The position numbers and the translations under genes were made by a program. From Azolla caroliniana (lineage: Eukaryota; Plantae; Polypodiophyta), in contig JBHGNT010000011.1 of the NCBI GenBank assembly GCA_043228905.1, positions 186,001 through 250,000 of the forward strand: a stretch of DNA of 64,000 bases, given 5' to 3'. The notes under the pieces were generated by a model, which saw only the letters and a list, made by a program, of their open reading frames with translations, was not told the origin of the DNA and searched no databases. The first letter of the stretch is position 1. Every line of letters begins with the position of its first letter. Below, piece after piece: positions 36,401-48,650 of the stretch.

Positions 36401-37871
36401 GGTCATCATCGGCGCCGACCTAGGTGAAATCAACCGCGTGAAGCTCTAGCTTGCAGCATCGTTCGACATGAAGGATCTGGGGGACCTTCATTACATCCTC
36501 AGGATCGAAGTGATCTGTACCCCCGAAGGCATATTGATCAGCCAACGTCATTACGTGCTGAGTATGCTCTTCAAACTCGGGATGGCTGACTGTAAGTCCA
36601 TCTCGACTCCTCTGGACAGAACCGTCAAGCTTCGTCCCGATACAGGAAAGGTATGCGACCCGACGAGGTTCCGACAAATTGTCGGTAGCCTCATATACTT
36701 GACCATCACCCGACCCGACCTCAGTTATCCGGTCGGAGTGATCAGTCAGTTCATGGCGCGACCTACCGAGGAGCACCTTCAGTGTGCGCAACGCGTACTT
36801 CGGTACGTAAGCGGCACTAAGGACCGCGGACTGCTATAACGGACCGGTGCAGCCGCGCAGTTAGTCGGCTACACCAATGTTGATTGGGCTGGCAACGCCG
36901 CCGATCGCTGATCCACGTCCGGATACGCGTTCTCCCTCGGGAGTGCCGCGATCGCGTGGAGCAGTAAGAAGCAGCCGACAGTTGCATTATCGAGCACCGA
37001 AGCTGAGTACCGAGGAGCGGCTGTCGCGACATGCGAAGCCATATGGTTGAAGCGGCTTCTTAAGGACCTGCAATAGGAGGTGTCAAATCCGACGACGATC
37101 TACTACGACAACCTCAGCAGCATCGAGCTCGCGAAAAACCCCGTCTTCCACGCACGGACCAAGCACATTGAGGTGCACTACCATTTCGTCCGTGAGCATG
37201 TCCTTTCCGGTGAAGTCGAACTTCAGTACGTTCCGACGGATCGGCAGGCTGCCGACATCTTCACCAAGCCTCTTGGTCTGGACAAGTTGCGGCAATTCTC
37301 AGGTGCGCTCGGGTTGTGTCACCTTGACGTGGCGAACTTGAGGGGGAGAACAGTCCCGAACGACCAAGCAAGGCAGCAGGAAAGGAGCGGACACCGCGAC
37401 ACTGAGTCGGTTGACGACTTTGACATCGGATCGGCTGAAGAAGCCGAGGGCAGACCCACGGAAAAGTCCGAAAGCGGACAGAAGGGGAGCAGCCGAAGGA
37501 GAGAGCCGATGCCAACTATGCATGGGGAAGATAACGCCATCGAGGGCAAGAAGACCGAAGACGAATTGGAGACAGCCAACTCGGACGAGAGCGAAGACCG
37601 ATCGGAGGTAGCCGAGTCGGTTCGGATGTTTGATTCAGACACACTGAATCAACAGAGGCCCAAGCGGAAGAAAAGGCAGCAGGAGAGGCGTCAACACCGC
37701 AACAGTAGAAGAGCTAAGGGCCGCATGAGCAGACAAGCCGACCGGAAGGGTCGAAGCGCGCGGAGTCGAACAGGTCGAGGAGCGCGAGCAAGGCGTGAAG
37801 CCAGGAGGAACCAGAGCTATGAGCCCGAGGATCCCGAAGAGCCTGAAGTTGAGCTTGAGGGGGAGTGTTGA
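33488..37871 (+). pseudogene. pol: Family B gag-pol remainder (knuckle, PR, INT, RT, RH, charged C-terminal tail) with frameshift and stops after 36120
   Basis: WYVDSGASNHM, LRSDGGKEY, QNGVAERKNR, LYVDDL, HARTKHIEVHYHF. Confidence 0.9.
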
Positions 37872-39802
37872 GAGACAAGCTCAACATCGGCCGGTTCGGC
37901 TGAAGAAGCCGAGGACCGGATCGGTTGGGACCAATCGGCTAGGCCGAGTGCGTAAACCGGGAGGTCATTAGGAAAGATATTCCATGAGGAATATATTTGG
38001 GAGTTAGTGTAGGAGCTCTTGATGAGCATTGAAGTACTGTCAGTACTTCGGTCAGTCCTTCTAGAACTTGTATAAAAGTGCTCAATGAGCACGTCTTATG
38101 TACAGATTGAGTATTATTGTTGAATATAGTTTTTTGTGTTTCTCTCTCTGTCTCTCCCGCGTATACTGCGTAAGCCCAAGCTCTCCATTAAACCTGAGTT
38201 TCCTCTCTTATGTTCGGTCTTCATACTTGCTTCCGCACGTTTCTTTCTACACGAACAACCTTCAGAGTCAGTCGACACCCTGACGACGTCGTGAGGCAGA
38301 CATTTCTGATTCAAGCTATCTTGCACTCCCCACTATCACCCATCTTTACATAACTCTCTCGACGGAGTTATGTGGAAGGATGCACCGAAGTCGATCACCC
38401 AAGTGCATTCTTCGCTTGCAAGATTTGCATTTGTTTGTTCACAAATGAACAAGAGTTCATCATTACCAATAGTTCCTTTTTAAGGTGTTGGCAGTCAAGT
38501 TTTTGGAAATGTCCAGGCTTTCCACAATAAAAGCATACGAGCTTTCCTCTGGACTTCAACCTGGCTTGAGACTTTTCTCTCCTTGGTGGACTCCTTTGCC
38601 GATTCCTTCCTCTGGCGATATGTTGAGTCAAATTTGACTCCGACTGGACTAGGACACCCTTGTCCTTCCTTCTCGCTTCCTCATTCAGGATGCTTGTCTT
38701 CACCGCTTGTAAAGACAAGTTCTCTTCTTGACAAGAGGTGCCGAGAGTAACCACTAGGTTCTCCAAACTATCCGGTAGTGTGCACATCAACAGCATGGCC
38801 TGCATAGCATCATCAAGAGGAAACTTGGTTGGAGCAAGTTGATTTACGTACCCCATGAATGTGCTCATGCGTTCGATGATGCTCACACCGTCTCTGTATT
38901 TCAGTCGTACGATCTTTCTCATCAATGAGGTTTTATTGACGGCGTTCTTCCTCTCATATAGACATGACAGCTTTTGCCACATCTCCTAAGCATTTGTGTC
39001 GTTCGCCACATGCTGAAGGACACTTACATCGACCCACTGTCAGATGGTGGCCACTACCTTTCTGTTAAGAAGTTTCCATTCCGACTCTAATACCCTTGTG
39101 GGTAATTCTGATGTGTTGATCGGTTCATACAGGTCTTTAACTATGAGAAGGTCCTACATCTTTATCTTCCAGTCTGCATAGTTTTGAGAGTTTAGAACTA
39201 TCATTCCTGGGAAGCCACTCACACCTCCTTCCATGCTTGCACCTCAAGCTCTGATACCAGTTTGTTGAGAAAGGAATCGTCAATCCACAAGAAAAGGAAT
39301 ATGTTGAAATACACAACGCAGGGATACAGAAAACAGTGTACACAGATTTAACGTGGAAAAACCCTAAAGCGAGAGAAAACCCACGGAGAAAGGAGCTTCA
39401 CTATAGAGTGGATATACAACTACGAGATCAGAATACAACACTCTCTCCACAGAGTGTAAACAACCTCACAGGGCTCTTGGCGTATGTTGTTTCTAAACAC
39501 ATTTATGGCGCCACTCACTCACTCACACTCGCACACACTCTCTTCTCAATAGAACTACACTATAGAGGCTCACACATCCACATACACACATGTTCCATTT
39601 GCCCTGGGTGTATTTATACTAATACACAAAATGGGCTATTTATAATCATGGCCATTATTATCCAAGAATAGTACTCTTACTAATCAACCGACTCATTCAT
39701 CGACTGTCGGGTCGGTCCGACTAGTCGACCTGGTCATCGACCATCCGATTGGCCCAGCTAGCCGATCGTGTCTTCAACCTCGATCAACTCTCTCTGAGTC
39801 GA

Positions 39803-40160
39803 TGTTACCCCTAAGAATATACGAGGAGGCATAAGGGTATGTGTAATGATGTGATTGATGTGTATGTATGATATGAATGACTGTGTGAGGATGAAATGTA
39901 TACGTGTATGAACACATGCACATTTGTGTGCATGTGTACAAAGGTGAGAAAGTGGGTAAGTAATGTAACTCCCGACTTGTCTCATTCTTTATTTGTAACA
40001 GTTACCTCTTGTACTATATAAACCCCACCCATGGGGCATAATGAAGGATATCTTTTTCCCCTCTCATTTTGTATTTTCACTCTCTCCTCTCTCTCTCTAT
40101 TGTAACCCCCTCGAGAAGGGGCTAAAGCCATTCTAGGCTTCACCCCCCACCCTAACAACA
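39803..40160. repeat. Probable solo LTR (TGTTA...AACA)
   Basis: TG...CA ends and internal TATATAAA; interrupts the neighbouring LTR; no clean TSD found. Confidence 0.45.
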
Positions 40161-41365
40161 CTTTTGGCATGCCTAAACGACCGACCTCCCTTGAGAAGAG
40201 TCACTTTCTCCCTCCCTCACTCTCCCGCTCCATCACTAATACCTAATTAATCCCTCATTCTCTCCCTCTTTGCGTGTCTATCTGTATCTGTGTTGGAGAG
40301 TGTCTATTTGTATCTGTAACTAGTCAGAACAAACCTTAGTTCAACACGGCCAGTACGTATGCGGCCGACATTGAGAATAAGGAACAATTCTTTGAAACGG
40401 ATGGGACGGTTGTCGCTGACGGAACTGTTGGCCCTCTAAATTTCCGTACTACATAGTGTTGATACTAGAATCAACAAAATCAGTCGGACTAACGAGAAGT
40501 ATCCTCATCGATTTCTCAATGTTTCACTTACGTAACCTTCTAGCCGAGGTCAATTTTGTCACTAAGATTGTTGTTCTAGCTAGGCCTTCTTGCTCTCTAG
40601 AGCCAAGTGAAACGCAGTGATCATTGGAATGCAAGGCCATGAACATGATGTAAGGGAAGGCCTAATCTATCTCGAACCAAAGGTTGGTTCTCTGAGCTGC
40701 AAGTACCTACCCGCATAATTTCCTTTAAGAGACCCTATTGCATGACTAGGTCATTCCTTAACAGTGTGTGGAAACAATTTTAATAACATTATGGGGTGTA
40801 CCTCCCCCTTATTTTATTTATTCTCACATGAATCGAGTTCTCTTGCCCGAGAAGACGTCAAAATCTCCACCGTCTAAGAAACGTAGGGCTGGCAAGCAAG
40901 AAGGGGAGGAATAGATGTAGCCGGGAACAAAAAAGCAAGAGAGGATAGAAGATAAAAAGGGAGATATTTTAGAGAGAGCGAGATTGAAAGGAATGGGAGA
41001 AAATCGAAAAGAATGGACACATGAGAAACATCCCCTCGTCAATCATGCCTTAGATTTGTAAGGTCAGCCTATGCTAAGTTTGATCATAGGATACCTCTCA
41101 GTGGTCATGAACACATGAGAAACATCCCATCTTCGATCATGCCGTAGATTTGTATGGTCAGCCTATGCTAACAACAAGATTGGGGACACCTAATGGTAAT
41201 CTATATGAATACCCTGAGAAGGGTTAACCCACCAAATGAATGGTGTCCAAACCCAGATATAGAACAACACTCTAAGCAAGGTTTAGATGGATGTAACATT
41301 AAATAAACAGCAGGATATGATTTGGCATATGCAGGTACAATTGTTCACAATTGTTTTTATCTTAC

Positions 41366-42477
41366 CTCTCATGCCAAACATGAGCATGTCCAGGTTCTAA
41401 TGGGGTCGCCTTATCTATTTTACACCATTTCTCAGTTGATTTTGCTGCATGCCCAGATGCATCATAGTGCTCCCACCATTTTTCATGCCATTCAGTACCA
41501 TATCCGTTTCTCCCCCACTTGTCAGCATTTTCCTCAATATGAAGAAGTCCAAATGATAAATCTTGCAGAAAATAATCAATCATGAAGTTTTAGTAATCCA
41601 CAATCGTACATAGACCGGTCCTCACAAGAAGCAGACTTAAATATAATGGCAGTTATAGCAGCTTAAATCTCTTCATATTAACTCAATAGGCCAAACAACA
41701 AGAAGCATGTAAAAAAAAGGAAAAATGAAGAGGTTCAATTAATAACAGCGTCGAAACTTGCTCGCACCAAATGGACTATTTCACCTGATGGTAGCAAACT
41801 AACTAAGTAGCATGATAGACATGAGAACATACCTGCCACATTGCTTCTTTCCAAAACTCCCGCCATACGTTTCCAGCTGTATCACGACCTGAATTCTCGC
41901 CTCCGAGCTCCTTGTAATCAAATTTATCAAATGCTTCCCAGAACTTCTCTTCCCATTCAGTTCCATCAAGATTGATACCCCTGATCACAGTCCATGAGCA
42001 TGTAACTCCATCATTCCGCAATTCTTTACCTGTCTCTTTCCACCAATAGGATCCATCTCCATTGACACCACTGTTCATATTTGCACCTGTATTATCTTGC
42101 TGCATAACTGAAGTAACTTGATTTGCCATGTCTGGAATGGGCACACTGGAGACCAACATCTTCAGATGTTTTAATAGCATTCTCTTGAACTTCTACAAGC
42201 GATTGAAGTGGTGGAAGAGAAGATTTTGCTCTACTTTGGAATACCAGCAACCCAGTTTCCATGTTTTCAAAAGGGATATCCAAAGAAGGTGATAATTTCT
42301 CTTTTTCAACGACAAAAGAGGATCTATGAGACAAAGTACTGGGCTCCAGACTTTTTGGGATTTTACTTGTTTCATCTGTCTTCTTATCAGGAGGTGACCA
42401 CGTCCAAAAATCTGGGCCAGGGGTTGCATGAGCTCCCAAGGAAAGATTTGTGGTGGAAGTATCCTTAACCTGGTCCT
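41366..42477 (-). pseudogene. LESV: LIKE EARLY STARVATION (LESV/ESV1 family) starch-granule protein, partial: exons 42477-41833 and 41562-41366
   Basis: PGPDFWTWSPP, GSYWWKETG, EWEEKFWEA, SGRDTAGNVWREFW, WWEHYDASG, GHAHVWHER; frameshift near 42135; acceptor reads CAA instead of CAG at 41563; first and last exons not seen. Confidence 0.82.
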
Positions 42478-43641
42478 CTAAGAAAACAAATATTACAAAT
42501 CATGAAACAAAAGAAAAATAATCAATGGCCCAACAAGCTCTGTGATAGAACATGACAGTAGCAATCTGCTCACTGTGATGTATAAAAAAGAATCATCAAT
42601 GGACCAACAAGCTCTGTGATAGAACATAACAGTAACTCTGCTTTGATGGATGTCACATTTCATGTAAATGTTATTCCCAATAACATACAGTTGAAATGTT
42701 TTACTCTAAGCATCCATAGGTAATGTGCATCTTATGTTACATACATCTCATCTAGCCAAAGATAGAGGAAAAGAAAATCTTCATTGGTCTTGCAGCTCGT
42801 ATTCTGTAGAAGAATACATGTACCATGATAGACATGCAAGATCAATTAAACATGCAGATACAATTAACTATGAGAACACATGTTGTGAAACCCAATCAAA
42901 GAGGATCAGATATGTTTATATCAATATGTTCTCTGCACCCTATGCCAAGCAGCAACAACATTCTTCAAGTTAAACTTCCTCTCTTTACTTTTAAGGATAT
43001 CTCATTTGCAACTTCACTTAACATCAAGTAGCATGGCCTCTTAAGAGCTTTATTACGGTTGTAACTTGTGTTGCATGTGTTTGTGATATAGATCTTGTGA
43101 CTGCTAATTGCAACATGACTCTATGCACTTCTTAAGTTAATACTCCTTTCCTTTACTTAAACGGATCTCACATTAGCAACTTCTCCTACCATCAAGGACC
43201 ATGCCCTCTTAAGAGCTTTATTGAGGGTGTGGTGCATTGGATGAGTTTGTCTCACATATAGATCAAATGTTCCCGTTGAAAGAGGAAATTTGTATTGCTT
43301 TTGTACTAGAAATAGTAACTTTATTGGTATTTTACTAGCTTTTTTTTAGTGTTTGGGATACTAAGTTACATTAAATTTCGATGTTTTTCTACTAATTTTA
43401 ATGAACTTTACCTTTGTTTTAAGGTTTACAGTGTTCCTTTAAAAGAATAATTTCATATCATTGTGTTATTGCCTGTTATTTGCAGTGAACCTCGTTAAAA
43501 GATTCCATCTTTTAAACTAAAGATTCCCTCCCCAACCAAAAAGCTTGTCGACAATGTGAATAAGCAAGAATCTCGAAAAACTTTGATGGAGTCGGCAGGT
43601 GACGGGACTTCCAAGTCTTCGGGTGGAAATACAATGAGGAT

Positions 43642-46600
43642 TGTTGAGAATCAAGCTCAACCTAACATTGTGTGTGAACACACCCCTTGAGCATTTATGA
43701 GCACTCAAAGGTCAAGAGTCATACCACTCTCTACACATTAACTATGTGTCATAGAATCATATTGTATGACACATAACTAATGAGTTTCATATTCCCCATG
43801 ACTAATGGGTCTCCACATTCCCCAAGAGAGTGGTTGTTATAGTTAGTTAATGAAGAGAGAGGGTGATTAAGAAAAGCACCCTTCTCCTACTTCATACTAA
43901 GTCAGTTGTGATTCCTTATAATGCTACATTTTGTATTTGCTATTTTACTTGTGAATATACATCTTCTTCTTCTTCTTGAGTATTTCATTTTCTCTAGCTT
44001 ATCTATCTTGTGTTTCTCTTCTCTTCTCTCTTTTCTCTCACACATAACACACATCTCTTCCGCTACACAAGAATCATACCCAATTCTTTACAGGGTATCA
44101 GAGTGGTTTGGTAGCTTGATCTAGCCCATCCGTGTGTATTGTGTTCTACGCCGACGTTCAAGAAGAACCAGTCCATCACTATCGTAGTGTGACCACATAG
44201 CTCGTATTCAAGAGAGAAGAAAAAGAAAAGAATGAAGAAATCTTCATCGACAATGAATCCTCAAATGGGCAACGCTCTCCCTAACGAGAAGCTAGATCGA
44301 AACAACTTTGCATTTTGGGAGTACAAGATGCACCAATACCTTGTCGGCCGACCCAAAAGACGCCGACTACACAACATGGGAGCAAGCGGCAAGTCGAGTG
44401 ATGTATTGTTTGGCAACGTGTGTTCACGACCACATGCTCGGTTACATTCGAGAAGTCGAGACGCCAAAGAAAGAGTGGGAGAATCTACTAAAGATTTTCA
44501 CCACCAAGAGTTGAACAACATCCAACAAAGGGATATGTCCATCACAAGATACACCTTGAAGATCAAGGAGCTTTGTAATGCACTCGGCTCGATAAGCGTC
44601 ACCGTGGAGGATGACGAAATGTTGTAAATATGCTTCAACGGCCTTGCACCACGATTCGGCACGATGAGGACCGCCATACTAGCACGGGAGAATTCTCCCT
44701 CCTTCTTCAATCTTCAATCCATGTTGTTGGTCAAAGAAAACCACGTTCGGACAAGGAGCAACACCTCGAAAGGCCACATGCTTTACTCACACTCAGATGG
44801 AGGAAGAGGACGCGGTCGTGTAAGAAGAGGTCAATTTGGCCAAGGACGAAGCGGACGAGGCCCAACTTATGAAAACAACTCCACATTTCGGCATCAAGAC
44901 GGAAGCCATCAAGGAACCTTCGGAAAAAGGGGGAGCTTCCATTCCGGTCCGAGCTGACAAAACACGATCGAATGCGGATATTGCGGAAAAATTGGTCACC
45001 ACGAAGAAGAGTGTAGTAAGAAGATACGCGACTCAGCTTCCACTAGCCGACAACTCATCAATTACACCACCAACTCCGACTATGATGATCGTGGCGGAAT
45101 GTTCGTGATGAGATATAGAACAAATTCTATGTCGACGTCTACTTCAAATAACGCATCTAGTCTAGAAGACGTATGGTCGACTCCGGTGCCTTGAACCATA
45201 TGACGTCTCATCAAGAATGGTTCCGAGAACTTCGGGAGCCGGACCGACCCAGCTATAACGAAACCGAAGATGACACTACACACCTGATTCGACATATTAG
45301 CAATGTCCCATTTGGCAAAGAAGGTAACCAAACTTTTATTAAGAATGTCTTGCATGTACCAACCATTACGAAGAATTTGGTCTCCGTCAACCAAATTGTT
45401 GAGCAAGGGATGCAAGTACAATTTAATCAAGGCAGTTGCTTCATTGAAAAAGAGGGTCAACTCATCGCTCGCGGACGAAGAGAGGGCCGAATGTTCATTC
45501 TCAACTTGTACGAGATGAAATCATCCATGTTCGCAAAGAGCACGAAAGCCGATTCCGACATAAAGCTATGCCACAAACGGATTGGCCATATCAACCTTCA
45601 AAAGCTCAAGGCAATACAATCGAAAGGAGTCGTCATCGGGCTCCTAGCATTCAAAGAGAAAGAGATTGAAGGTGTGTGTGCCACTTGCCGATTCGGCAAG
45701 CAACATAGGCACCCGTTTCCGAAGGACTAGAATGTGAGCAAAGGCGTACTCAACGCAATTCATTCCGATGTATGGGGACCAACTCAAACAGTTACATTCG
45801 GCGGATGCCAATACTATGTGGCCTTCATCAATGACTTCTCCAGGCACACCTAGATCTATGTCATGCGGCAAAAGAGCGAAGTCTTCAGACACTTCTAAAA
45901 ATTTCAAAATGAAGTCGAGAAAGCCACAGGCCGACATGTACAATGTCTTCGGTCAGATGGAGGAAAAGAGTACTTCTCCGGTCACGAATTTATGACGTAT
46001 ATCTGAAAGGAAGGAATCAGACGAGAATTCACGTGCCAATACACACCTTAGCAAAATGGTGTAGCCGAACGAAAGAATTGGCACATAGTAGAGGTCGCAC
46101 GAGCAATGATGAACGAAAACAATATATAGAAATCGTATTAGGAAAAAGCGGCTAACACGGCCACATACCTCATGAATTGGTGTATGACATCAAGTGTGCA
46201 CGAATTTACTCCGCATGAGAAATTTTTCGGAAAGAAGCCGGATCTATCAGATGTTCGGATATTCGGCTCCCTTGCATACATGCACATCCCCGACAAGAAG
46301 TGACAAAAGATCGACCCGAAGTCAGAGAAATGTATCCTCGTAAGATACTCACTGGAGCAAAAGCGGTACAAGTGCTATAATCCCTCGACTCGAAAAGCTC
46401 GAGTAAGTTGAGAGGTCATTTTCGACGAGTCTACATCCTAGTATCACCAGAGACAACTTCGACTCTTATTCCGCTCGACCCGGAATCCGCCGAAATAGAG
46501 ATAGAAGCCGAAGATCGGCTCACACGCATGTTCGAAGAAAGCCCAACTACGACAAGGCTTGGTGGGCCATAAGAGCCTCCGAGCGATCAAAGTACATCTC

Positions 46601-46856
46601 GGCCAAGTCTGAAGCTGGACAAAGGGAAGGCGAAAATGCTAGAGTATGAAGACGATCACTTCAACAACAACGAATCGACTCACTCCCTCGATAGTGAGTT
46701 CAAAGGCCTTGACATCCGGACAAATGGAGCAAAGAAAACCTTAGTATCCGCAAACGAGAAGCTCCGCCGATCCACCCGTGAAAAGAACCCCGTAAGACAA
46801 TTCGGCTACAATGAGTATATGGCATACCATTACGCCTTTATGATGAAGGTGGCAAT
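43642..46856 (+). mobile_element. Decayed, 3'-truncated Copia family A: 5' LTR 43642-44092, degenerate PBS at 44093, gag-PR-INT
   Basis: EKLDRNNFAFWEYKMHQY, VDSGALNHMTSH and INT motifs; ends abruptly at YHYAFMMKVA. Confidence 0.9.
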
Positions 46857-48650
46857 AGGGGAAGAAGGGGAGTTGCTCCTCATACTTGTAAAATCCGAAG
46901 GTGAAGGAAAGCTTCAAGTGGGAAAGACCTTCACCTACAGCAAATAAAGAACGTTGAATATGAGGACAATGACTCATCAAACCTGATGTTCGATGTTGAT
47001 AGCTCAGTGGGGTTGCACAGAGTCCGGATTGATGAAGGCAATTTTATAACAGACTCCTGTCACCCCAAAGCCTTGAAAAAATATGTTCAAACCAAGAACA
47101 ACTTAATTGTCACTTTGCGCTTGTACATTAAAGGAGAACTCATGGTCGCGCAACCAAGCACCCCAGTAAAGACTACCCGAAAAGAAAAATCAGAACACAA
47201 GAAGTACAAGAAAAGGCAGTAATCTGAAGAGGACGAGCTTGGAGTACTCGAGTTCATCGAAGATGAGGAGGAAGATACATAACTCGAAGTAATTCCTCCA
47301 CGTGGCCAGATTGCCTCGGGAATCCTCACCTCCGAACAAAATCGGATTCGAGAAAATATTGTAAAGACAAAGCTTGTTCGTAAGGGACAACTGTTTCATT
47401 TACCAATTTGTTCTATTCAAAGGCAAACAATTGATCTAGAAACAGAACGACGAGCTCTAGAGATAAGAGATCCGCATTCAGTGCATGTGTAGAATTTTGA
47501 AAAGCAAAATGAAATCAATCCACATGCTACTATTGTGCCACTCTTAGTAATGGTAGACCCGGATCAATGCACAATTGTAGTAGACTTCAAATACAATTCG
47601 GCAGATGATTACACATACTACATAATTGGAGGATCCTACTCTATTGAAGCCCGACGTCAACTTGTCAAGGAGTATCCTCTTACCCCCTTCTTCAAATATG
47701 TGGAATGTAAAGTGTATGTTGGACTTACAATGAAGAAGCCAAGTTGCTAGCCCGGGGCCACAATAATGATAATGACTATAGACAAAAGATGTCATGTATA
47801 GAGCACATCAGGTTCTTTCATCACGAGGACCTTGAAGCTTTGCAAAAATTTGGTCCTAGACTGCATCCCGGACTGCAACGACAATGTCTGCTTGAAGTGG
47901 GGATAGCAGTTGACGAAAGCACAAAGTCTGAAGGCTTGAGAAAGTACGACTCATGGTTTCAACTTGCTTTCAGAACAGGGGAGGTGCGGGACCTCCAAGA
48001 TCGAATATTCAGTATATGGGAGCGAAAAATAAATAAAGGGTCAACGATTAAAGAAGGTTAAGTTGGACTCTCAAGTGGAGATGAAGTCTAAGTAACGTAA
48101 AAGTGACTTGGTGATAGAGGAACTAGCCGAGGACATGAAGTTGCTTCCTTGGCGGTCATTGCAAGGGATAAAAGATGACAGATATGATGAAAACGTTCTC
48201 CTTGCCTACGTGGGAAGAAGTGGAGCAGTCTTGCCCAAAAACATCATCGTACAAGGCTCTTGAATTTAGAGAATGGGTATGTGTGTTTAATATCTTCTAT
48301 AGTTGATATTAGGATAATGCGCCTTTTCTTATATAGCTTATAATTGCAGAAACCACCTCGCTCCAAAAAGTTGGGTGATAGGAGCAAAATACGAAAAGCA
48401 AATGACGAAAGGAAAGGAACTAGAGGTGCCCAAAGACTCGGACACACTAAAAAGTTTTTACACAAGGTTGATCCTTTCTGACAACTGTATTATAGTGTAT
48501 ATAATGGTGATGTGCGTAATATGCTTGACATACTACCCAAGAGGCATTATACATTGCTCGTCGCGGACATAACATATGGATTTTGAATACATGTTATAAA
48601 AAGTATACTGACAATTGATCCCCATTTAAATGTGTAGGTGGTGTATTGAG
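46857..48650 (+). pseudogene. Decayed coding region with ParB/Sulfiredoxin-like motifs and GT-AG introns; probably cargo or remnant of an unclassified element
   Basis: Repaired frame: PLLVMVDP...YYIIGGSYSIEARRQL...ECKVYVGLT(x)EEAKLLARGHNNDNDYRQKMSCIEHIRFFH; intron-like segments at about 48277-48348 and 48467-48637. Confidence 0.55.

Larger units (their letters stand above)
27106..38251 (+). mobile_element. Full-length Copia (family B, GC/CpG-rich); LTRs 27106-27491 and 37866-38251 (386 bp, about 8 differences); TSD CGAAC
   Basis: PBS TGGTATCAGAGC at 27492; PPT at 37858-37865; gag 27564-27937 resumes at 33442; 890-aa gag-PR-INT-RT ORF at 33488-36160. Confidence 0.95.
25928..39802 (-). mobile_element. 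Tnt1/Tork-like Copia (outer host of a triple nest): 5' LTR 39263-about 39802, PBS 39248-39259, gag 39234-38395, INT 27100-25930; 3' part missing
   Basis: Coding sequence is continuous across the insertion at TSD CGAAC; CFYCGKPGHFQK; RTIMERVRSML. Confidence 0.85.

Noticed and set aside
33514-37642. Many alternative-frame and antisense ORFs in family B
   Set aside because: Shadows of a GC-rich pol; no independent motifs
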